NCBI GenBank assembly: GCA_965230455.1
Contig: CBDDKY010000003.1
Location: 196,039-260,038 of the forward strand
Direction: 5' to 3'
Source: Gammaproteobacteria bacterium
GTDB taxonomy: Bacteria > Pseudomonadota > Gammaproteobacteria > CBDDKY01
Length of the DNA stretch: 64,000 nt
Shown: positions 1 through 10,657 of the stretch, piece by piece
How the letters are laid out: every line of letters starts with the position of its first letter
Numbering within the stretch: the first letter of the stretch is position 1
The notes under the pieces: generated by a model
The model's database searches: none
What the model was told of the DNA's origin: nothing
What the model saw: only the letters and a program-made list of their open reading frames with translations
Made by a program: the position numbers and the translations under genes

Positions 1-1
1 A

Positions 2-982
2 CAGTCCACTGATTTAACACTTGCTGCTTTTTATCGTTTTCTATCGGGTGTTGGTAGCGCCTTTTGTTTTCTAAGCAGCGTTCGCCTGGCAACCCGTTGG
101 TTTCCTCCACAGCGCATGGCCTTAGTGAGCGGGCTTATCGTCACCATGGCCATGCTCGGTGGCATGGTCGCACAGACGCCTTTTACCCTGTTAGTCGCAC
201 ACATCGGCTTATTGAAAACACTTTATGTTGATGTGGCTTTTGGCATTTTTATTCTAGCCTTAATGGCTATCTTTATAAAAAATGCACCTGACGGTTATGT
301 GGAACCCGTCCAAACTGAAGACGCCTTAAAGCTTTCCACGTCACTTAAAGCCTCTTATGGGACATTGAAGAATTGGTTTGCTGGCGTTTATACCTCTTTA
401 ATGAATTTACCTATTTTCTTACTCGGTGCGCTTTGGGGAAGTCTATATCTGTCACAAGTACATGGTTTAAATCGAGAAAAAGCTTCCATCATCGCCAGTA
501 TGATTTTCTTAGGAACAACCATTGGCTCCCCTTTAATGGGTTTTATTTCTGATAGGTTGGGTCGCAGAAAACCACCCATGCTCATAGGCGCCATGCTGAC
601 CTTCGCCAATCTCTTGGCTATTATGTATTTACCCAATTTAAGCTTTACAGAACTTACACTGTTGTTTTTAAGCTTAGGTTTTATCACCAGCACGCAAGTT
701 ATCAGTTATCCTCTGGTGGCAGAAAGCAACCCACGACGCATTACCGCTACGGCTATCAGCGTTATTTCCATCAGCACTATCGGTGGTGGCGCCTTATTTC
801 AGCCTTTTTTTGGTTGGCTCATGAGTATCGGTTGGGAGCACAAACGGCTACACGGCATTGCAATATATTCTATCGCTGATTTTCAACGCGCCATGATGAT
901 AATGCCTGCAGCTGTGGTCATTGCTTTTGTATTAGCACTTTGTGTGAAGGAAACTTACTGTAAGGCCACTGAACACGTTTAG
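2..982 (+). CDS. MFS transporter, 5'-truncated by the window edge; resembles Legionellales Pht-type MFS
   Basis: Frame is open from nt 2 into ORF 116..982; MFS motif A (GFISDRLGRRKP) and multiple TM helices. Confidence 0.85.
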   Translation, partial: QSTDLTLAAFYRFLSGVGSAFCFLSSVRLATRWFPPQRMALVSGLIVTMAMLGGMVAQTPFTLLVAHIGLLKTLYVDVAFGIFILALMAIFIKNAPDGYVEPVQTEDALKLSTSLKASYGTLKNWFAGVYTSLMNLPIFLLGALWGSLYLSQVHGLNREKASIIASMIFLGTTIGSPLMGFISDRLGRRKPPMLIGAMLTFANLLAIMYLPNLSFTELTLLFLSLGFITSTQVISYPLVAESNPRRITATAISVISISTIGGGALFQPFFGWLMSIGWEHKRLHGIAIYSIADFQRAMMIMPAAVVIAFVLALCVKETYCKATEHV

Positions 983-1013
983 CGTGAGAAATATAGGGCC
1001 TGGACGCAGGCCA

Positions 1014-2171
1014 TCAACTATCCTGTTTGGCTGCAAAAAATAGGGGTAAACTGCTCACCGTAATTTTCTCTGTCAATGCGTATTGGTTTTGCCCAGGATA
1101 AATGACATATAGTTGGTCTAACGTTAATAATTCCATAGCACTATGCATGGATTTTGTTAGCGTGGGCGCATCGGCAAATTTAAATTCAAACCCTATGCGT
1201 TTTCCCTGATAAAAAACTAATAAATCAAGTTCTGCTGTTTGATGAATCGCCCAAAAGAAACAGTGTCCCTCCAAGCGTTCATAAAAACGAGCAATCTCCT
1301 CTAGTGCAAAGCCTTCCCAAGAACAACCCAATTTAGGATGCACCAAGATCTGTTGCTTATCAGCAATATTAAGTAAGGCATGGAATAACCCACTATCACG
1401 AAAATAAATTTTTTTTGAACGCACCTGCCGTTTATTAATATTTTCATGCCAAGGCTGCAACTGCCGCACCATAAAGGTACCTGATAATATATCCAAATAA
1501 GACTGTACTGTTTTATAATTGAGGCCTAATGATCTAGCAATCTCTGATGCATTAAAAATATTACCGTGATAGTGAGCTAACATCATCCAAAAGCGTAATA
1601 GTTGTGGTGCCGGTATACGGATACCTAAATTGGGAATATCCTGCTCTAAGTAAGTCTTAATATAATTTTTACGCCACAGAAAGCTTGCCTTTTCATTTTT
1701 TGCTAAATAGGCTGCGGGGAAGCCACCCTGCAACCAGAGCCGCTGAGTATCGCCTGTCTCTAAGTAATTAAAAGGGGTTAATTCTAAGTAGATAATACGC
1801 CCTGCCAAACTTTCAGAGGATTGTGCAATCAACTCCCGTGAAGCGCTGCCTAAGATAATAAAATACCCCGTGAATTCAGGCTTATCCGCTAAAACTCGCA
1901 AAACAGGAAATAACTCAGAACGCCGTTGAATTTCATCAATAACAATGAGGCCTGTCAAAGATGATAGCGTATTCATGGGCTGTTCTAAACGACGTATATC
2001 ATCAGGGTCTTCTAAGTCAAAATAATTACTTTTAGGAATCTGCCGATGATTAGCGTAATCGCGCGCCAAGGTCGTCTTACCACATTGGCGAGGCCCCAGA
2101 ATGGCTACAATGGGGCACACTTCAAAACCGTGATGAATTTGTTGAATATGATGTGTTCTTTCTAGTAACAT
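1014..2171 (-). CDS. AAA+ ATPase with DUF4143 domain (COG1373-like)
   Basis: Walker A GPRQCGKTT, Walker B IVIDEIQ, LGSAS, ESLAGR, GGFP and C-terminal ELDL..EFK nuclease-like motifs. Confidence 0.9.
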   Translation of the reverse strand: MLLERTHHIQQIHHGFEVCPIVAILGPRQCGKTTLARDYANHRQIPKSNYFDLEDPDDIRRLEQPMNTLSSLTGLIVIDEIQRRSELFPVLRVLADKPEFTGYFIILGSASRELIAQSSESLAGRIIYLELTPFNYLETGDTQRLWLQGGFPAAYLAKNEKASFLWRKNYIKTYLEQDIPNLGIRIPAPQLLRFWMMLAHYHGNIFNASEIARSLGLNYKTVQSYLDILSGTFMVRQLQPWHENINKRQVRSKKIYFRDSGLFHALLNIADKQQILVHPKLGCSWEGFALEEIARFYERLEGHCFFWAIHQTAELDLLVFYQGKRIGFEFKFADAPTLTKSMHSAMELLTLDQLYVIYPGQNQYALTEKITVSSLPLFFAAKQDS

Positions 2172-2281
2172 AATGATGAAAATTAGTATGCTTTATACTA
2201 ATTTTCATCATTATTAGCCCATATGTCAAGGATCATATAGATTTTTTCATGAAAATTAGTGTTCAATATACTAATTTTCAT
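2171..2281. repeat. Two related palindromes, candidate operator pair upstream of the AAA gene
   Basis: 19-bp perfect inverted repeat at 2171-2189/2195-2213; 12-bp inverted repeat ATGAAAATTAGT..ACTAATTTTCAT at 2249-2281. Confidence 0.7.
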
Positions 2282-2284
2282 AAT

Positions 2285-2564
2285 CCTAAAATCAGCAGCA
2301 AATCGCGTCTTTTTGGTGTAACAGATTGATTTAGATAAGGAAACTAAAAAGAGAAATAAGCAATGACTGCGACAGACATCCTGTCGCAAGGCTCTTGTTC
2401 TTATCAGTCCCAGCTCGGACATCCTGTCCTCGCGCTCACCAGACTGCAATGTGCCACTGGCACATCGTTCTAGTTCACCCTTATTGGTGATGGAGACTTT
2501 TTTTGTTTTCTTAGATGAATCAAGATGTTATCGCCAAAAACGTGATTTAACTGCTGATTTTAGG
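2285..2564. mobile_element. MITE family B (280 bp)
   Basis: Terminal inverted repeats CCTAAAATCAGCAG...CTGCTGATTTTAGG; ATAAT target duplication; near-identical copy at 35793. Confidence 0.9.
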
Positions 2565-2591
2565 ATAATATAAGGGGCGGAAATACAGACC

Positions 2592-3548
2592 TCATTTCAC
2601 AGCAAATGCCATCACCTCATGAATATGAGGCAACGAAAGCATCAACATCAGCAACCTATCTACCCCTAAAGCAACCCCGGCACAAGCCGGTAATCCGTGC
2701 TCAAGGGCCGCGAGTAAGTCTTCATCCAAAGGAACGGCAGACAAGCCTAAACGCCGACGCTGTTGTTGGTTTTCTTCAAAGCGTGCACGCTGTTCTTTAG
2801 CATCAGTTAATTCGTGAAAGCCATTGGCCAATTCCACACCTTGGTAATAGACTTCAAAACGCTCAGCACATTGTGTTTGTTGATTGATTTTTGCTAACGC
2901 TGCAAAGGCCTTGGGATAATCATAAATAAACACAGGTTCGGAAAAAGCAGCCAATGCTGGCTCTACTTTTTCGGTAAATAAAAATTCCAACCCTTCCTCA
3001 TAGCTATCAGCCATGCCTTGCATGGGTACAACATTCAAGTGCAAAAAGCAATTTGTTAGAGCTTGTTTGGATGCAACGTGCGGATTTAATCCTAGAAATT
3101 TTTCACAAAGTTCTGCGTAGGTAAAACGCAGGGCAGGCTTAGTCCCAAGCATCGCCTGCAAAAACACATCCATTTCATCCATCAATTGATGATGATCAAA
3201 CCCCAAACGATACCACTCCAACAGAGTAAATTCGCCATGATGATAACGCCCCATCTCCTCATGGCGAAAGGCTTTACCTAATTGGAAAATATCGCCACTA
3301 CCCGCCGCTAACAGACGCTTCATCGCATATTCGGGGGAAGTTTGTAAATAGCGAAAACTGGACGTGTCTTTTGATACCACAGAAAAAGAAGATAAGTGGG
3401 GATCAGCAACGGGTGCCGCTCCTAACAGGGGCGTTTCCACCTCCAACACCTGACGCGCTTTAAAAAAATCGCGTATTTTTTGCAAGAGGCGGGCGCGCTT
3501 TTTTAATGTCGCTAAAGAGGCTTGTGGTTTCCAATCACTCTTTGACAC
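2592..3548 (-). CDS. epmA: EF-P lysine-(R)-beta-lysine ligase EpmA (GenX/PoxA)
   Basis: [39 protein letters not shown]; adjacent to efp. Confidence 0.95.
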   Translation of the reverse strand: MSKSDWKPQASLATLKKRARLLQKIRDFFKARQVLEVETPLLGAAPVADPHLSSFSVVSKDTSSFRYLQTSPEYAMKRLLAAGSGDIFQLGKAFRHEEMGRYHHGEFTLLEWYRLGFDHHQLMDEMDVFLQAMLGTKPALRFTYAELCEKFLGLNPHVASKQALTNCFLHLNVVPMQGMADSYEEGLEFLFTEKVEPALAAFSEPVFIYDYPKAFAALAKINQQTQCAERFEVYYQGVELANGFHELTDAKEQRARFEENQQQRRRLGLSAVPLDEDLLAALEHGLPACAGVALGVDRLLMLMLSLPHIHEVMAFAVK

Positions 3549-4104
3549 GAGAGACGTATTCGCCCGTGCGAGTGTCTACTTTGATGAGTTCATCGCGCTG
3601 AATGAATAAAGGAACACGCACCACTGCACCGGTTTCCAACGTTGCCGGTTTACTACCGCCACTGGCTGTATCACCTTTGAGCCCTGGGTCTGTCTCGGTA
3701 ATTTTAAGCGCAACAAAGTTAGGCGGCACCACATTCAAAGGCGCATCGTTATAAAGCGTGACTGTGCAGGCGTCCTGTTCTTTAATCCACTGCGCCGTAT
3801 CACCCATGGCCTTTTGGTCAGCACTGTACTGTTCAAAAGAATCCGGGTGCATGAAATGCCACATTTCGCCGTCACTATATAGGTACTGCATGTCCACTTC
3901 CATGACATCAGCCGCTTCCACCGTCTCGCCAGACTTAAAGGTGCGCTCTAAAACACGCCCCGTTTTAAGGTTGCGGATTTTAACCCGGTTAAAGGCTTGC
4001 CCTTTGCCGGGTTTAACAAACTCATTTTCGATGATGCTACAAGGGTCACCATCTATCAAAATTTTTAATCCGGAACGAAACTCATTGGTGCTGTAGGTGG
4101 CCAT
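3535..4104 (-). CDS. efp: Translation elongation factor P
   Basis: VKPGKGQAF loop (Lys34 type), [17 protein letters not shown]. Confidence 0.97.
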   Translation of the reverse strand: MATYSTNEFRSGLKILIDGDPCSIIENEFVKPGKGQAFNRVKIRNLKTGRVLERTFKSGETVEAADVMEVDMQYLYSDGEMWHFMHPDSFEQYSADQKAMGDTAQWIKEQDACTVTLYNDAPLNVVPPNFVALKITETDPGLKGDTASGGSKPATLETGAVVRVPLFIQRDELIKVDTRTGEYVSRVKE

Positions 4105-4181
4105 ATTCATTTACCCTGACGTCGACAATGCGTCCATGGTACGATGTTTACAGCGGTTCTTCAAGCAATTGTTGGCACGCG

Positions 4182-5312
4182 TTAATTTACCAATAGCGCG
4201 GGGGTTGTGCTTGCAGCCTTATAATCATTCTTAAGCTCTTCTTTAGCGGTCTTAGCCTCGTTTTTATTTTTCTGCTTATATAATTTGGCCACTTCCTGCG
4301 CTCTTCCAGGGGCAAGAGCACGAATCTTCATGGCAAGCTGTTTTATCTTGACCTTGTGGCCAGGGCTGTTTGTATTTTTATTGCGTTTTGTTTTATCAAC
4401 AACAATATCCTTTAATACATCATCACTTTCGGCATTAAACACTAAATAAATTAAGCGCTGATCAGATTTTTCAATCTGTTGGCTAAATAAAAACGCCATT
4501 GCTGCGCCATAGGGGATAGTGATTTTGCTCTGCGCTTCGTTTGAGTATTTCATATTGGTCAACGCCCTCTGGTTCTCTTGAAACGTCTTATTGACCGTTT
4601 TTACATCTATGTCATAGGCTTCGCGATAGGTTTGTATTTCCCTGAGATAAAAAGTTTGAATATTATCCATAGAAGAAGAGTGGAATAACATATCCATGAT
4701 GTTGCTATCGTCATTACTAACGTCACTCATGTAGGTTCCAGCAGCCGTCATAAAATACCTTATAGGAACAGGCAGATAGTCTTTTTCTGGCGCAGCTGCA
4801 AGGTCCTTTCGCATGGCTTTGGGAACTCTATCACCAAAAGCCAAATGAGCAATATTATTTAGCCCAGTTGTTTCTCTCTCATCAGCTAAATTAAAAAATC
4901 CTTTGTGGCGTAAGGGGGCATTCTCTTTTCGAGAAGCAATGGGCATAATAATATTCTCGAACAGCTTTCGAAACTTAATTAAGGCTTCATCATCCTCAAT
5001 TTTTTTATCGGCTTGTAAGAAAGCGTGCACCCGATAAGATTCCGGTGCCAAGCGCCTAAAAATCTCTGCTAGGTTCATCATCTTACGAGGACTCTCTTTG
5101 TTCTCAAGGGACTCCTGCGCCAGCACGCTCACAGTGTACTCGTCATCAATTTCAAACTGACTGATTGCAAATTTAGTTTGATCCTTAAGCGCATCATCAC
5201 CGCCTATTGCCTTAAGCAAATTATCCAATACTTGTAAGCGCTCCACATACTTTAATTTTTTACCGTCAATAGTATGATCTTCCAATAGATTTTCCAGGGA
5301 AACACTTGGCAT
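4182..5312 (-). CDS. Hypothetical soluble protein, effector-like; ORF track start is 5396
   Basis: Long uninterrupted ORF with no family recognised; probable start MPSVSL preceded by a GAGAG SD-like motif; Lys/Glu-rich C-terminus. Confidence 0.7.
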   Translation of the reverse strand: MPSVSLENLLEDHTIDGKKLKYVERLQVLDNLLKAIGGDDALKDQTKFAISQFEIDDEYTVSVLAQESLENKESPRKMMNLAEIFRRLAPESYRVHAFLQADKKIEDDEALIKFRKLFENIIMPIASRKENAPLRHKGFFNLADERETTGLNNIAHLAFGDRVPKAMRKDLAAAPEKDYLPVPIRYFMTAAGTYMSDVSNDDSNIMDMLFHSSSMDNIQTFYLREIQTYREAYDIDVKTVNKTFQENQRALTNMKYSNEAQSKITIPYGAAMAFLFSQQIEKSDQRLIYLVFNAESDDVLKDIVVDKTKRNKNTNSPGHKVKIKQLAMKIRALAPGRAQEVAKLYKQKNKNEAKTAKEELKNDYKAASTTPALLVN

Positions 5313-5559
5313 AATAAACTCTCTTTCGACAATTATTGTTGACTTTACGCCCAAACAGGACATGATTTGCCCAATAATAAGCCGTATAATGTTCATTTGT
5401 CAACCAATATTTTTATGGGCCTGCTAAAATTTCCTGATATAATTACAGTAACCTACGTTCAACATCAGTAAGCGAGATACCACTATTTTTACCTTAAAAA
5501 CCTTACAGCAATGGATAGATGACCTACCCAAAGCCAACCTCAAAGCCTTTGCAAAGGCT

Positions 5560-7206
5560 TTGAGCGAAGCTTTAACGCATACTCAAACCCTATCCTGCAC
5601 ATCTCGTGAACAACTTGAGGTGTTGGAACGCTTGTTTGAACAGGTTCGGTGGATTTGTGAACAGTTAGACCTTGCGGCGCTAAGTCCTGAACACGCCCAA
5701 GAACCCTTTTCTGCACAAAACACCGCCCAAGCTGATGCATTAGAGCTGCATCTGGCCAGCCGTTACCAAAAGCTGGCCGAAACAAACCTCACCCAGAAAG
5801 CCTTAGATGATGCCAGCCTCAGCCTGGCCATTTATCGCGCATTAACCTTACTCAGTCACACCTATCTACGTACTAAATTAGCTTACTTCATACCACCCAC
5901 TCACTTGTGGAAAAATATTCACCACTTGTATAGCTTAGCTGTGCAACAAAACATACAAGATAAGCACCTGTGTGATGAACACCTCCGCTTTCGCAAGAAA
6001 ACCAATATTACTGAAGCCTATAAACGTATTTTATTATTGGCTAGCAGTAATCCTTCCCGCATTCAACGCCAATGCATTCGGCATTTATTTACGGTATTAG
6101 AATCTTGGTCATCATTGGCTGATATCCATTATCCTGGCCATAAAAAAGATTTATTTGTGATAGACCCCCGCGTGGATCATGCCCTCTCTTATCAAGCATT
6201 CCAAGCAACACATAGCGAACACCACCATACCTTAGACACCAAGAACCTCGCACTGCATGTAGAGCCATTACTCGAACATCCCGAGCAAGAAGATGTCACC
6301 ATACAAACCGATGAAGTGCATATGCCCAAGCTCCCTGCTCACTTACTATTACAACTTCACCAAGCCTGGCGAGAACCTACGCCTCGCATTTTCACCTATT
6401 TAGATGACGATGGAAAACTACAAGCCTCTGCCCGCGCCTTTCCACGCACACAATTAAAAACCCCAAAACCCTACGCGTTATCCTTAGGCTTATCGGCTAC
6501 ACATTTTTTTATCCATACAAAAAATCAACCTGCAACACAAACAGAACCTCATGCCACTGAAGAAGAAACAACCAATCCATCCAACTTGCAGTTACAGTAC
6601 AGCGAGTTAGATAACGCACCGGTTAAAGAGACAAGCACATCAAACCACGACCCCGTCTGGAAAATGATGCATAAACCCCCTGCCAACAAACAAGACGGCC
6701 TAGGGGCCGACAACTCAAGCAAAAAAGTCCACTATGGCATCGAAAACGTCTCTCTTTTAGATATTAGTCCCACAGGCTTTGGCGTTTGTGCCACAGAACG
6801 TCCTCACCATATTATTCAGCCTGGCGAGCTGGTAGGTTTACAACCCTCACAACTCAAACAGGACACCTCCTGGGCCATCGGCACTATTCGTTGGGTTCGC
6901 AGTGAAGGCCATTGCAAGTGCCACTTTGGTATACAAGTTATTGCCACCCATGGTACTGCTATTGATACTTGTCTTTATGTGGGTGGCCATCAAAAAGGCA
7001 ATGTTATGCGCAGTCTGCTGTTACCCAGCAATGAAAGGCTAAAACAAAAAGCCTCCATCATCACCTTTAAGTTTCCTTATAAAACCGGCGATACCATTCA
7101 TTTATTAGACAGTGAAAAAGAATACCAAGCCACGCTTACCCAGCTACTTTTTTGTACTGGCAGCTTCAAACAGTTTGAGTTTGAGCTAATGGCACAGAAT
7201 CATTGA
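5560..7206 (+). CDS. fimW: FimW-like c-di-GMP receptor with C-terminal PilZ-like domain; frame extends upstream to 5452
   Basis: In-frame upstream WIDDLPKAN resembles the FimW N-terminus; PilZ-like LLDISPTGFG..GELVG..WAIGTIRWVR..FGIQ. Confidence 0.6.
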   Translation: MSEALTHTQTLSCTSREQLEVLERLFEQVRWICEQLDLAALSPEHAQEPFSAQNTAQADALELHLASRYQKLAETNLTQKALDDASLSLAIYRALTLLSHTYLRTKLAYFIPPTHLWKNIHHLYSLAVQQNIQDKHLCDEHLRFRKKTNITEAYKRILLLASSNPSRIQRQCIRHLFTVLESWSSLADIHYPGHKKDLFVIDPRVDHALSYQAFQATHSEHHHTLDTKNLALHVEPLLEHPEQEDVTIQTDEVHMPKLPAHLLLQLHQAWREPTPRIFTYLDDDGKLQASARAFPRTQLKTPKPYALSLGLSATHFFIHTKNQPATQTEPHATEEETTNPSNLQLQYSELDNAPVKETSTSNHDPVWKMMHKPPANKQDGLGADNSSKKVHYGIENVSLLDISPTGFGVCATERPHHIIQPGELVGLQPSQLKQDTSWAIGTIRWVRSEGHCKCHFGIQVIATHGTAIDTCLYVGGHQKGNVMRSLLLPSNERLKQKASIITFKFPYKTGDTIHLLDSEKEYQATLTQLLFCTGSFKQFEFELMAQNH

Positions 7207-7943
7207 GCAACAACGCAAAATTGCCACTGACACTTCCCCCGTTGATTGCCCATCGCGGTGCCAGCGCACAGGCCCCAGAAAATACGCTGATTGCGATGAA
7301 AAAAGCGCAGGCCTTAGGTGCGCGCTGGGTAGAATTTGATGTCACCCTCACGGCTGATAATGTACCGGTTATCTTTCACGATGAAACCCTAGAACGCACA
7401 ACCAATGGCCAAGGAGAAATAGCCCTCACCACCTGGAAAGATTTGCAGCAACTCGATGCCGGCAGCTTTTTTGATACGCGTTATCATCAAGCACGCATTC
7501 CCAGTTTTGAATCTTTACTCATTGCCTTGGCGCCTTTAAATCTAGGCATTAATATTGAGCTCAAACCCAACCATGTATCACAATTACCCTTGCTTGCAGA
7601 ACTAAGCCTACGCTTAATAAAAAAATATTGGCAAGCACGGCCTCGTATTATTTCCAGTTTTAATTGGGACATGTTAAAACACGTGCAACAACAAGACAGC
7701 ACGCAACCCTTAGGCTTACTCATGGATAGCTGGCATCAACAATGGCAAAAAACCGCTCAAGCTCTACATTGTTACAGCATACACGTGGCAGCATCGCTAT
7801 TGACCGCTGAGAGAATTGCTGAGATCAAAGCTCACAACTATCAATTATTAGCTTATACCGTGAACCATAAACCTTCTGCCAAAATACTGCTAACATTAGG
7901 AGTAGACAGTATTTTTAGTGATTACGCCGATTTGCTCAGTTGA
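7203..7943 (+). CDS. ugpQ: Glycerophosphodiester phosphodiesterase
   Basis: IAHRGAS..PENT, VEFDV, IFHDETLERTT, NIELK. Confidence 0.9.
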   Translation: MSNNAKLPLTLPPLIAHRGASAQAPENTLIAMKKAQALGARWVEFDVTLTADNVPVIFHDETLERTTNGQGEIALTTWKDLQQLDAGSFFDTRYHQARIPSFESLLIALAPLNLGINIELKPNHVSQLPLLAELSLRLIKKYWQARPRIISSFNWDMLKHVQQQDSTQPLGLLMDSWHQQWQKTAQALHCYSIHVAASLLTAERIAEIKAHNYQLLAYTVNHKPSAKILLTLGVDSIFSDYADLLS

Positions 7944-7952
7944 GACATCCCT

Positions 7953-9440
7953 ATGACTCCTACTTACGATATTGCCATCATTGGTGGCGGCATTAATGGT
8001 TGTGGTATTGCCTTAGAAGCCGCTCAAAAAGGCCTACGGGTTTTCTTAGCAGAGCGGGCTGATTTGGGCAGTGGCACCTCCTCTTACAGTAGCAAATTGA
8101 TTCATGGCGGCTTACGTTATTTAGAACAAGGCCATATCGGTTTAGTAAAAAAGGCGTTGCGAGAACGTGATATTTTATTAAAAAAAGCACCACACCTCGT
8201 CCAGCCCCAAGCTTTTATTGTACCCTGTGGTGCGCAATCACGCCCACGCTGGCTGATTGGCGCAGGACTTTGGATTTATGATCAGCTAGCCAAAAGTCAC
8301 CTTTTAGCAACGTCGCATACCCTTTCACGAGAGCAACACCCCGCCTTTTATCCACTTGAAAAAAATTACCGTAAAGGTTTTGTCTTCAGTGATTGCTATG
8401 CCGATGATACACGCCTTGTCATTGCTAACGCGTTGGGTGCCAAAAAATTTGGTGCTGATATTTATAATTATCGTGGCTGTCAAAAAGCTCACCGGTGCAG
8501 GGAAGGTTGGAAATTAACCTTGAGCAATGGTGCAACCATCAAAGCAAAAGCACTCGTTAATGCTGCAGGCCCCTGGGCAGATAGGATTAATGATCACGTG
8601 CTAGAAAACACTAACCAAAAACGCCTCACACTCATTAAAGGCAGCCATTTAATTATCCCTAAAACCTATGAAAGCAATGATGCCTATCTATTACAACACA
8701 CCGACAAACGCATTGTTTTCGTTATTCCCTTTCATGAAAAATATTTATTGCTCGGCACCACAGAAGTTACTTATAACGGAGACCCTGGCAAAGCACAATG
8801 CAGCCAAAAAGAAATTGATTATTTATGCCAACTCTACAACCAATATTTTGCTAAAAAAATAACCAGCAAAAATATACTAACGACATTCAGTGGAGTAAGA
8901 CCACTACTACCCAAAAAACAAAAAAAAGCTAGCGCTATTTCCCGAGACTATCAAATTGAATTACAGCATGAAAAAGACGATGCGCCCTTATTACAAATCT
9001 GGGGAGGAAAACTCACCACTTATCGCCAACTCGCACAAGATGCCCTGAATAAGTTAACCCCATTTTTTCCAGAGCTCAACTCAAACCACACGCTAGACTT
9101 TCCTTTGCCCGGCGGTGATATTCAAAGCCTGCCTGATTTTGTTTTTGAGTTACATCAACGCTACCCTTTTTTGCCGGAAGCATTAGTTCATCGCTACGCA
9201 AAAAGTTATGGCAGTTTATGCGAAGACTTTTTAGCCGGTTGCTCTAAAATTCAACATTTAGGCCAGACCTTAGGGCACGGTTTATATGAAGCTGAAATTG
9301 ATTATTTATGCCAAGAAGAATGGGCACAAACTGCTGAAGATATTTTATGGCGCCGCACAAAGTTAGGTTTGGCGTTCACCGAGACTGACATCAGAAATCT
9401 CACGCGCTTTTTAGCATCTAGAGGTTATTCTAAACCCTAA
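7953..9440 (+). CDS. glpD: Aerobic glycerol-3-phosphate dehydrogenase
   Basis: GGGINGCG, TSSYSSKLIHGGLRYLE, GVRPL, GGKLTTYR, WRRTKLGL. Confidence 0.95.
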   Translation: MTPTYDIAIIGGGINGCGIALEAAQKGLRVFLAERADLGSGTSSYSSKLIHGGLRYLEQGHIGLVKKALRERDILLKKAPHLVQPQAFIVPCGAQSRPRWLIGAGLWIYDQLAKSHLLATSHTLSREQHPAFYPLEKNYRKGFVFSDCYADDTRLVIANALGAKKFGADIYNYRGCQKAHRCREGWKLTLSNGATIKAKALVNAAGPWADRINDHVLENTNQKRLTLIKGSHLIIPKTYESNDAYLLQHTDKRIVFVIPFHEKYLLLGTTEVTYNGDPGKAQCSQKEIDYLCQLYNQYFAKKITSKNILTTFSGVRPLLPKKQKKASAISRDYQIELQHEKDDAPLLQIWGGKLTTYRQLAQDALNKLTPFFPELNSNHTLDFPLPGGDIQSLPDFVFELHQRYPFLPEALVHRYAKSYGSLCEDFLAGCSKIQHLGQTLGHGLYEAEIDYLCQEEWAQTAEDILWRRTKLGLAFTETDIRNLTRFLASRGYSKP

Positions 9441-10657
9441 TCCCAGCGCATTTTAGCTGACCGCGGTAAGTCCGAGCTAAGCCCCATGGCTTGTCGCAAA
9501 ATACAAGGTTTTATAAAAGACAACCTATCGGTAATTTGTAATCCGCTGTTGCGCAGCCAAACTAATGCGGGGTGACTGTTGCTAAATAGACGTTTAAAGG
9601 CTTCCATGGTGGCTATCATTGCCAAGGTTTGCCCTTTGCGCCAACGCTCATAACGCCGTAATAATTCATAACTTCCCAGAGGCTCATTGCGTGCTAAACC
9701 CTGCTGTAATACATCGGCAAGGGTTGCTGCATCCATTAAACCTAAATTAGCGCCTTGCCCCGCTAAAGGGTGAATAGTGTGGGCAGCATCGCCAATTAAA
9801 GCTAACTGTGGTTTTACATAATGTTTCACATGGCGCATTTGCAAAGGAAAACTCAACGGCGAAACCGCATGGGATACAGCCCCCAGCTTAAACTCAAAGG
9901 CAAGCCCTAAGGCCTTACAAAAAAGCTCCGCATCTAAAGCCATAAGACGTTCAGCTTCTTCGGGGGATGTGGACCAAACGACAGCGCTTTCATGGGGATC
10001 CTCCATGGGTAAAAAGGCTAAAGGCCCTGAGGGTAAAAAACGTTGCCAAGCTGTTTTTCCGTGGGGATATTCTGTTTTAATACGCGTTATCACAGCGCTT
10101 TGATCATATTCCCAAGACGTCATGGGCAAATGGGCTTGCTCACGCACCCAAGAGCGCGCACCATCGGCACCCACCACCAACGAAGCTGTAAAAATATCAC
10201 CTTGCTTCGTTTGCACTTCAGCTTTATCTTTGGTAAAACGCAAACTGTGTAATTCCGTAGAGGGCAAAAGCGTCACTTGTTTTGCCTGAGAAAGTTTGCT
10301 CAACAAGGCATGTTGCGTTACATCGTTTTCCACAATATGACCTAACTCAGCATAACCCACGCTATCACTATCAAAGTCAATATAACCCTTACCCATGTAG
10401 TCCCATACATGCATTTTAGTAAACGGACTAACCCGCATATCACACATGGTAGACCAAACATCCAGGTTGTCTAAAAACTGTCGAGAGGCCCGGTTAAGTG
10501 AACAAACCCGCAAGGCGCGCTCATCTTCATTCCACGCTGCACCCAGAGGATGGTGATCCACAATGGCAATACGCAAGTCTGTGGCCAATAAAGCACAAGC
10601 AAAAGCTGCTCCCACCATGCCACCACCCACCACGATGACATCAAACTGTTGGTTCAT
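9437..10657 (-). CDS. ubiI: UbiH/UbiF/VisC-family FAD monooxygenase, probably UbiI
   Basis: GGGMVG, GADGARSWVR, IGDAAHTIHPLAGQGANLG; directly after ubiH; coq7 in the window would supply C6 hydroxylation. Confidence 0.8.
   Translation of the reverse strand: MNQQFDVIVVGGGMVGAAFACALLATDLRIAIVDHHPLGAAWNEDERALRVCSLNRASRQFLDNLDVWSTMCDMRVSPFTKMHVWDYMGKGYIDFDSDSVGYAELGHIVENDVTQHALLSKLSQAKQVTLLPSTELHSLRFTKDKAEVQTKQGDIFTASLVVGADGARSWVREQAHLPMTSWEYDQSAVITRIKTEYPHGKTAWQRFLPSGPLAFLPMEDPHESAVVWSTSPEEAERLMALDAELFCKALGLAFEFKLGAVSHAVSPLSFPLQMRHVKHYVKPQLALIGDAAHTIHPLAGQGANLGLMDAATLADVLQQGLARNEPLGSYELLRRYERWRKGQTLAMIATMEAFKRLFSNSHPALVWLRNSGLQITDRLSFIKPCILRQAMGLSSDLPRSAKMRWD

Noticed and set aside
2198-2449. 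ORFs read through MITEs (also 18973..19215, 19744..20100, 23223..23441, 35733..35930, 47832..48014, 60859..61119)
   Set aside because: They consist of repeated element sequence (for example LKSSVEIYCGRLTHRI); artefactual frames, not genes
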